Part shown: piece after piece, positions 57,844 through 64,000 of the stretch
How the letters are laid out: each line of letters begins with the position of its first letter
Numbering within the stretch: the stretch's first letter is position 1
Assembly (NCBI GenBank): GCA_964437755.1
Contig: CAYTIA010000001.1
Coordinates: 45,658 to 109,657 of the forward strand
DNA: 64,000 nucleotides
Direction: 5' to 3'
From: an uncultured Pseudomonadales bacterium
GTDB lineage: Bacteria; Patescibacteriota; Microgenomatia; UBA1400; PJMF01
Program-made: the position numbers and the translations under genes
The notes under the pieces: model-generated
What the model was told of the DNA's origin: nothing
Databases searched by the model: none
What the model saw: only the letters and a program-made list of their open reading frames with translations

Positions 57844-59547
57844 TTAGTGAATTTCAGATCTTCTATCTCTTAAAAAAGCACGCCAATCTTCAATTAATCC
57901 AACTAACAAAGAAAACGGAGAGTCGATAAGTGCGGAGAAAAAAACACTCACAATGTTATATTCCTTCCATTTTTGGGAGAGCCATTGGCCGAATTTAGCC
58001 AGCGGTAAATAAAAGAAATCAAGAACCATAGTTAAAAAACCTCCTCCTTCTTGAATTGTCAGTTCCTGCGCTTTATGCCTGACCACCATAGCTGCAAAAA
58101 CCACCATTGCCACGTTCATAGTGTCCACATAAATTGAAGTCCAGGGAACACCGGCTATCTTAAAGATCATATAGATAGAATAAGCCCCTACTAAGCCTCC
58201 AATAATACTAAAGATGCTAAAGACTGAGTTTATTAACCAATGTTTTTTTGTCTCAAGATTAATTTCATACACTTCATTTGAAGAAGATTTATGCAAAATC
58301 TTTTGGACCTCTTCTTTTACTCTCAAAAGATTTTTCTTTTCAGGAGGCTTAATTGTGATTACTAATAAAAACATCAGTGCAGAAGGAACCGCTAAATCAA
58401 TAAACAAAGCAAACCAACTAAAACCTTCTCCAATTAACTCCGCGACTGGACCCTCAAAAACAAAAAAGCTAACTATACCTGCCACAAAAATCGACAGAGT
58501 TGAATATATCGCCGAACGATAAAGTCTCTGTTTCAAAGTACTTAAACGACGACTGTAAACAGTTTCAATTAACTCATGTAGCTGAGATTTATCGGATAAT
58601 TTTTCCTTAATTGTGTCTGGATCATTCTCAACTTCCTTAAGTACATCTCCCAAAATTAAAAAGGCTGCATCGTAACGATCACATAGCTTGAAGAACTCTT
58701 TACCGTATGGATGTTCTAAATCCAACTCAAGTCTATCCTTAATTTGTTCGATATTATGAGCAAATTCATCAATAAACTGCGAATCATCTTCAAACCATCT
58801 TGGATAATAATACTTAATCAAGTTATAGATAATTAAGGGTGAATCTAAAGAATAAAGAGATCTATGAACAGCGATATAGGTTTGAACCAGGATTTCTTCT
58901 TCAGACATCTTGCCAGTTGGCAAAACCTTTAATCTCTGAAAAAGAGTGGTAGTCATAAAGTTCATCAAAGCATTTTCTTTGAAAGCTGGTTCCAGAATTT
59001 CCTCTATTTCACAAGCTGCAACTTCTAAAATCCAGTTAAAAAAGTTTACTCTCTCTTTAATTTTAAGACTATTATTTTTCTGAGAGATCGGGGAGTTATC
59101 TAAGATGTAAATGTACTTCGCCAAACTTTTTTTAGCCAAGGGAATTTTGTTTTTGGATACTTTTCCAGGCTCAAAATAACCACTTCTCATCATTTCAAGT
59201 ACAAGAGGTTCAGTTAATTTTTGAGCATCCAAAGAACTTTGACCAATTCCCGATAGTTCTGAAAGTAGGGTTCTTTTTAAAATTCTTTCTATAGCTGTTC
59301 GACGAATGATATTTTCTTCTTTCCAGTCAATAATTCTTCTTACTTTTTCATAAAGTTTGGCAATCTTTGAGGCTAACTCATCTACCTCAAGAGGAGACAC
59401 CGCTGGTGTTTGTTCATAATTAAACCCTTCAATATGTCCATCAACATACTTAATTGCATCTTCTGAAAGTTGATGAATTGTGGTTTTCTTATTAACTGAA
59501 TCCTCAACTTCAGTTTGAGCGATTAGTGCTGTATCATTTTGTGACAT
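57844..59547 (-). CDS. hypothetical protein: ~340-aa soluble N-terminal region + ~5 C-terminal TM helices
   Basis: No recognisable catalytic motifs; hydrophobic helices start at about residue 345 (AIYSTLSIFVAGIVSFFVF...). Confidence 0.35.
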   Translation of the reverse strand: MSQNDTALIAQTEVEDSVNKKTTIHQLSEDAIKYVDGHIEGFNYEQTPAVSPLEVDELASKIAKLYEKVRRIIDWKEENIIRRTAIERILKRTLLSELSGIGQSSLDAQKLTEPLVLEMMRSGYFEPGKVSKNKIPLAKKSLAKYIYILDNSPISQKNNSLKIKERVNFFNWILEVAACEIEEILEPAFKENALMNFMTTTLFQRLKVLPTGKMSEEEILVQTYIAVHRSLYSLDSPLIIYNLIKYYYPRWFEDDSQFIDEFAHNIEQIKDRLELDLEHPYGKEFFKLCDRYDAAFLILGDVLKEVENDPDTIKEKLSDKSQLHELIETVYSRRLSTLKQRLYRSAIYSTLSIFVAGIVSFFVFEGPVAELIGEGFSWFALFIDLAVPSALMFLLVITIKPPEKKNLLRVKEEVQKILHKSSSNEVYEINLETKKHWLINSVFSIFSIIGGLVGAYSIYMIFKIAGVPWTSIYVDTMNVAMVVFAAMVVRHKAQELTIQEGGGFLTMVLDFFYLPLAKFGQWLSQKWKEYNIVSVFFSALIDSPFSLLVGLIEDWRAFLRDRRSEIH

Positions 59548-59601
59548 AATATATAGATCATTGTAACATTAGAGTGCGGTGGTGTAGACAAGCAATTGAG
59601 T

Positions 59602-60669
59602 TTAATATTTTGGCAAAAAGATTTTTGAGTTTTCTTTGGTAATAATAACTTTTTCAAAACCTCTTCCAACGATAATTCTGGCTGCTTTTCTTACTGCTCC
59701 CTCCAGAGTTCTTTGTAAAGTACGAATACCTGCATCAAAACCTAGAGGTCTAACCATAGTTGGCCACACATCTTCATTAACTATCAGTTGTCCAGGTTTT
59801 AACCCAGCCTTTTTTAATAAACTTGGAAAAATATACTCTTTACCTATAACCATTTTTTCATGATCAGTATAAGAAGGCATTGTTATCTTTTCTAACCTAT
59901 CCATAACTGCTGTAAGAATCTTACCCGTATTATTGGCGGTTGCTAAAAAGATTGCTTTACTTAAATCAACTGGATAATCAATATAATTATCAACAAAAGA
60001 ATTGTTTTGAGCTGGATCTAATAACTCTACTAAAACACCCATAATCTCTTGATTGGCCTCATCAGAAGCACGATCAATCTCATCAAGTAATATTATTGGA
60101 TTTCTAACACCAGAGTCACACAAGCCCTTTACAACTTTCCCTGGTTCACTGCCCAACAACAATCTTGAGTTGCCCCTTAACTCTTTAGCTGAGCCCATGC
60201 CACCAAAAGGAATTCTTACTAATTTTCTTTCTAATGCCTCTGCTAAAGCATATGCAAAAGTTGTTTTACCGGTACCCACTAATCCCACTAATAACAAAAT
60301 TGGAGCTCTAAAACCTTCATCCTGAAAATTTCTTTCTCTTAAAGCAATCACAGAAATATACTCTAAAAAACGATCCTTTATTTGTTGCATTCCGTAATGA
60401 TGCTTGTTAAAAATCTCCTTGGCCACCTCTATATCTAAACGATCTTTGGTTTCATTTTCCCAAGGAATCTTTAAAACCCACTCAATATACTTACTCACCA
60501 TTTCATGTTTGGTATCATAGCTACCAAGCTCAATGCTTCTTTCAAGAGCCACGATATCACGCTGAGCTTTATAGCGAAGCTCCTCAGGCATTTTAGCTTG
60601 CTGAACTTTTTGCTTTAAATCAAAGATCTCCTTTTGGAGAATATTTTGAAAATCTGTTTTTTGAGTCAT
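59602..60669 (-). CDS. orphan Lon-protease core fragment: Lon linker helix + AAA+ ATPase module only (no N-terminal LAN domain, no S16 protease domain)
   Basis: IPWENETKDRLDIEVAKEIFNKHHYGMQQIKDRFLEYISV aligns with the E. coli Lon linker [40 protein letters not shown]. Downstream parallels: Walker A LVGLVGTGKTT, Walker B ILLDEIDR, VLVELLDPAQNNSFVDNYIDYPVDLSKAIFLATAN and sensor-2 GIRTLQRTLE. The protein ends after the AAA+ lid and no DGPSAG-type protease motif exists nearby. Confidence 0.6.
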   Translation of the reverse strand: MTQKTDFQNILQKEIFDLKQKVQQAKMPEELRYKAQRDIVALERSIELGSYDTKHEMVSKYIEWVLKIPWENETKDRLDIEVAKEIFNKHHYGMQQIKDRFLEYISVIALRERNFQDEGFRAPILLLVGLVGTGKTTFAYALAEALERKLVRIPFGGMGSAKELRGNSRLLLGSEPGKVVKGLCDSGVRNPIILLDEIDRASDEANQEIMGVLVELLDPAQNNSFVDNYIDYPVDLSKAIFLATANNTGKILTAVMDRLEKITMPSYTDHEKMVIGKEYIFPSLLKKAGLKPGQLIVNEDVWPTMVRPLGFDAGIRTLQRTLEGAVRKAARIIVGRGFEKVIITKENSKIFLPKY

Positions 60670-60687
60670 AAAATGAAATAAAAGCAG

Positions 60688-61662
60688 TTAAATCTTTTCT
60701 AGAATCTTTTCTTTTGATAATAAACCAGTTTTTGCACCATAATTTCCAACAACGCTGGCAGCATTTTTAGCACCCATGATTGTTGCTTCTTGAGGACTTT
60801 TGCCCCAGTGTAAACCAGCTACAAAACCTACGGCAAATGAATCACCCGCTCCGGTTGAATCAAGTACGCCAGAACTTAAAGCAGGAAAGTGCAATAAATA
60901 CTCACCATGATAATAAACATCACCGCCCCTTTTTCCAGCAGTAACCACCACGTAAGGAAACGTCCTTAAAATTTGATTCTGAACATCAATAACCATCTGC
61001 CATTCTTCGTCATTAACTATAAAAGTCTCGCAGGGGATATCGTTGATCATTAGTCTTTGATCAGCAAGCATTAGTAACTCAGCTTTGCCGGGATTCCATG
61101 ACAGTTTAGTTGATCGAGAACGCTTAATTGATAGAAAGATCTTTTCTATAGTTTGCTGATTTCCTCCAATACTGCTCAAGTGGACTAGTTGAGCTTGCGC
61201 CAGCCAATAGGCTGAAATATCGTAGGGATCAAGCATTGCAGAAGCTCCTCGATGAACTAAGACTGATCTTTCTCCATTCTCGCAGGTTAAAATCACCGAT
61301 CCTCCTGTTTTTTCTAACTTTTCACAAATAACTAAACTTGTGTCGACTCCATTATCTCGAAGATCTTTTAGTACTAAATACGAAAAGTTGTCACGACCGG
61401 TTTCGCAAATCACCGATGTTTTAAAACCCAATCTTGAAAAACCAACTGCTGTATTACCACCACCTCCGCCAGTATAAACGTTAAAATCCTCTACATCAGT
61501 TTTACTACCATGGAGTTGACAAAGGTGAACTCCCTTGGGTGTGTCCATTAACTCAAACTTATCTGTATGAACAAAAATATCAACCAAAGCAGAACCAATA
61601 GTAATTACTTGGTATGGCATGGTTATATTAAAGCATGAAACAGATTGTGACTGTACTATCAC
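60688..61662 (-). CDS. PfkB-family carbohydrate/nucleoside kinase (ribokinase-like)
   Basis: N-terminal GG motif VYTGGGGGNTAVGFSRLG and C-terminal anion-hole DSTGAGDSFAVGFVAGL. Confidence 0.75.
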   Translation of the reverse strand: MIVQSQSVSCFNITMPYQVITIGSALVDIFVHTDKFELMDTPKGVHLCQLHGSKTDVEDFNVYTGGGGGNTAVGFSRLGFKTSVICETGRDNFSYLVLKDLRDNGVDTSLVICEKLEKTGGSVILTCENGERSVLVHRGASAMLDPYDISAYWLAQAQLVHLSSIGGNQQTIEKIFLSIKRSRSTKLSWNPGKAELLMLADQRLMINDIPCETFIVNDEEWQMVIDVQNQILRTFPYVVVTAGKRGGDVYYHGEYLLHFPALSSGVLDSTGAGDSFAVGFVAGLHWGKSPQEATIMGAKNAASVVGNYGAKTGLLSKEKILEKI

Positions 61663-61710
61663 TTAAAATATATAAGAGTATCATTACCGATGATTACTAG
61701 ACTATAGCTC

Positions 61711-62316
61711 TTAAGCTCTCGAAGATATCTCAAGCTCACACTCTTTAATTGCTTTTAATAGCTCTTGTTTATTCTCAACAATTTTATAGATAGTTTTTTC
61801 CTTCTCTCCAATGAAAAAGTTTTCATTAATCACCTTCATCACATCATGCCAAAACTCTCCATACAAAATTATTGGCTTATGATTTCCATAATATAAATGT
61901 GAGAGAAGCCAAGCGGTTGACCACTCACTTAAGGTGCCAGTGCCTCCTCTAAAACAGATAAATAAATCAGCGTAGTAGATTAAACTAAACATTCTCTCGA
62001 TGTAATTTGCAGTTTGATACTCAATATCTACCTCATTGTTTGCATCTCGACCCTCAAACTCAGGCATATCTGCAGGATAAAATGTAACTCCAACACTCGT
62101 GCCTTCAACCGATTCCGCACCCTTAGTCGCCGCCTGCATTACTCCTGGGCCTCCGCCATTCACAACCTCCATTCCTAACTTTGCTACATCTTGGGCAATT
62201 TCATAAACCTCGCGATAGAGTTCACTCTCAACATCAATATCTGCACTGCCAAAAAAAGCAATTTTATGAATCTCCTTGGCAACAAATCTTTCAGGAATTT
62301 TTATATTAGTCTTCAT
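61711..62316 (-). CDS. LOG-family nucleotide 5'-monophosphate phosphoribohydrolase
   Basis: VVNGGGPGVMQAATKGA (GGGxGxM) and FRGGTGTLSEWSTAW (PGGxGTxxE-like) LOG motifs. Confidence 0.7.
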   Translation of the reverse strand: MKTNIKIPERFVAKEIHKIAFFGSADIDVESELYREVYEIAQDVAKLGMEVVNGGGPGVMQAATKGAESVEGTSVGVTFYPADMPEFEGRDANNEVDIEYQTANYIERMFSLIYYADLFICFRGGTGTLSEWSTAWLLSHLYYGNHKPIILYGEFWHDVMKVINENFFIGEKEKTIYKIVENKQELLKAIKECELEISSRA

Positions 62317-62347
62317 GAAAAAACCTTTCTCTTTCTAGTATTGATAT

Positions 62348-63004
62348 TTATCTATTCACAGCTTCTACAACAAATTCAGGCTTATCATTGTTCCACAACC
62401 AACTGCCAACTGCAACACCATCTACGTTTAATTTTTTAAGTTTATCAAGATGAACTTCTTTTATACCGCCATCAATTATTATCTCAAAGTTAACATTCTC
62501 TGCTTTTCGAATACCGTTAAGTTCAACTATTTTTTCAACAACACGATCATTAAAAATTTGACCCTGGAAACCAGCCTCAATCGACATTAACTGAATCACA
62601 TCCAATCGTGAGAATAAAGATTCTTGAACTTCAGAAATTGGAGTAAATATATCGATTGATAAACCTGCCAACATTTCGTTCTCTTTCGTTAACTCAATAA
62701 ACTCCTTCTGCGAACTCATGCGTTCTATTTGTCCTAGCACAGCCCTAACTGGAAGATGTTTTTTATATTGGATAATTTCGTTTAAATAATCTAAAGGCTC
62801 TTCTACCATTAATTGAAAGTCTATCTTTAACTCCCCAAAATCAAGAGTGATTAGATCGATTGGCGTAATTGTGAGATTGTCAGCAAAAATACCATCAATA
62901 ACATCAATTTGTACTGTTCCAACATCTATTAAAGATTTTACTAGCAAAAGTTGTTGTTCAACCTCCTCAATAGAATCAGTTAGTATGGCTGGATATAGTT
63001 TCAT
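62348..63004 (-). CDS. ribulose-phosphate 3-epimerase-like TIM-barrel protein, divergent (Gln at both canonical metal-His positions)
   Basis: By-eye alignment to E. coli Rpe: QIDVIDGIFADNLTITP vs HFDVMDNHYVPNLTIGP; FQLMVEEP vs VHLMVKPV; VIQLMSIEAGFQGQIF vs VILLMSVNPGFGGQSF; IIDGGIKEVHL...VDGVAVGSWLW vs EVDGGVKVNNI...ADMFVAGSAIF. Confidence 0.55.
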   Translation of the reverse strand: MKLYPAILTDSIEEVEQQLLLVKSLIDVGTVQIDVIDGIFADNLTITPIDLITLDFGELKIDFQLMVEEPLDYLNEIIQYKKHLPVRAVLGQIERMSSQKEFIELTKENEMLAGLSIDIFTPISEVQESLFSRLDVIQLMSIEAGFQGQIFNDRVVEKIVELNGIRKAENVNFEIIIDGGIKEVHLDKLKKLNVDGVAVGSWLWNNDKPEFVVEAVNR

Positions 63005-63015
63005 ATTTTAAAAGA

Positions 63016-63477
63016 TTATTTTTCTAATTGAGAAATTTGCTGGATTCTTCTTAAATGTCTCTCATCTTGTGACGGAAGAGTATTAAAAAATTTGCTGATA
63101 ATATTCTTAGCATTTGAGAAATTTTGCCAATCTGCACCGATAGTAATTACATTTGCATGATTATGCTCTCTGGCGTGTTTAGCAGATTTTTCGTCAAACA
63201 ACTCAACAGCTCTGATGCCATCAATTTTGTTAGCCGCTACAGTCATTCCACCACCCGAACGACATAACAGTATGCCGAAAGAATCGGTGTGTTGAGAAAC
63301 AGCCTTGGCAACGGCTACCGCATACTGCGGATAATCATCCTGTGGATCAAAGGTAGTTGCTCCCATGTCCTTTACCAGATAACCTTCTTCAATCAACCAT
63401 TTTGTAAGAGCTTCTTTTAACTCAAAACCTCCGTGATCTGCTCCTAAATAGATTATTTCTGATATTTTTTTTATCAT
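63016..63477 (-). CDS. rpiB: ribose-5-phosphate isomerase B (RpiB/LacAB family)
   Basis: IYLGADHGGFELKEAL...GILLCRSGGGMTVAANKIDGIRA parallels RpiB FGCDHVGFILK...GILICGTGVGISIAANKFAGIRA. Confidence 0.8.
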   Translation of the reverse strand: MIKKISEIIYLGADHGGFELKEALTKWLIEEGYLVKDMGATTFDPQDDYPQYAVAVAKAVSQHTDSFGILLCRSGGGMTVAANKIDGIRAVELFDEKSAKHAREHNHANVITIGADWQNFSNAKNIISKFFNTLPSQDERHLRRIQQISQLEK

Positions 63478-63535
63478 TTTATTATTACTTGCAACTTAAC
63501 TGTCGATTCAATTTATGATCTATAGCTCATTATAC

Positions 63536-63568
63536 AAAAAGCCCGCGCATTTAGCGCGGGCTTGATTT
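63536..63568 (-). terminator. rho-independent terminator (gcccgcgc-attta-gcgcgggc + U-tract on minus strand)
   Basis: Perfect 8-bp GC stem followed on the minus strand by TTTTTGTAT; lies 20 nt past the stop of 63587..63790. Confidence 0.65.
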
Positions 63569-63586
63569 AAACTTCAAAAAAGTCAC

Positions 63587-63790
63587 TTATTTTGACTTCT
63601 TAAGTACTGGCATACCTGTTCTCTTGGTTTCCATAACCTCATAACCAGCAGGTACAGCCTCAATAGCACCATCTCGAACATCACGTGCAAAAAAGTAAAT
63701 TGTTTGCACACGACCATTCTTTAGGGTAACATCTCTTTTGTGGAGATGGTAGGTCTGCCCTTTTGAGTTTGTGTAGCTAAAAGCACTCAT
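63587..63790 (-). CDS. small hypothetical protein (67 aa)
   Basis: Intact ORF with its own terminator; no family recognised. Confidence 0.3.
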   Translation of the reverse strand: MSAFSYTNSKGQTYHLHKRDVTLKNGRVQTIYFFARDVRDGAIEAVPAGYEVMETKRTGMPVLKKSK

Positions 63791-64000
63791 ATATGCTCCT
63801 TTTCTTCCCTCAATGAGGGTAATTTGTATTTTTACCGACTTATTTTAATTTTTCAACCTGTTAGGCGGTAATATCTATAAGATAACAGATCCAGACGTAC
63901 TCCTCAAGTAGTAGTTCTTACTTATTGCAACAAGTTACTCTTGTGTTTCTTCTTGAGCAACCTCTATTACTCCTTTGAGTAATTGTGTTCCCATTTGATT

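Noticed and set aside
1-64000. CRISPR arrays, IS elements, integrases, prophage or alternative genetic code (UGA recoding)
   Set aside because: No regularly spaced direct repeats, no transposase/integrase-like ORFs. All long conserved genes are intact with standard stops, so there is no evidence for code 25 or mobile elements in this window.

Overview
AT-rich, very compact (about 90% coding) bacterial chromosome fragment, almost entirely transcribed on the minus strand. Its core is a single uninterrupted ~28 kb ribosomal/transcription super-block (13266-40994, minus): rpoB-rpoC / rpsL-rpsG-fusA-tuf / S10-spc-alpha operons / rplQ-rplM-rpsI, about 44 genes. The gene content and architecture are consistent with a small-genome Candidate Phyla Radiation (Patescibacteria)-type organism using the standard genetic code. 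Supporting observations: no rpmD (L30) between rpsE and rplO, Lys-rich tails on several r-proteins, and Lamin-tail-domain, sortase and LCP surface proteins. Other content: (1) a one-carbon module folD-fhs-glyA plus 5-formyl-THF cyclo-ligase, next to a two-subunit 2-oxoacid:ferredoxin oxidoreductase; (2) an alaS-ruvX-mltG neighbourhood interrupted by a sortase and a 731-aa FtsA/actin-like protein fused through one TM helix to a large extracytoplasmic domain; (3) a tRNA-Val(CAC) and an unusually long tmRNA (ssrA, ~555 nt, predicted 31-codon tag) that the ORF track does not show; (4) an orphan Lon-protease core (linker plus AAA+ module only, no N-domain or protease domain) next to an unknown 567-aa membrane protein; (5) a LOG / PfkB kinase / Rpe-like / RpiB cluster suggesting ribose-phosphate salvage, where the Rpe-like protein has Gln at both canonical metal-liganding His positions. 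No CRISPR array, integrase or transposase was recognised. All calls are from reading the sequence and ORF translations without searches; start codons are taken from the ORF track and may be off by a few codons.
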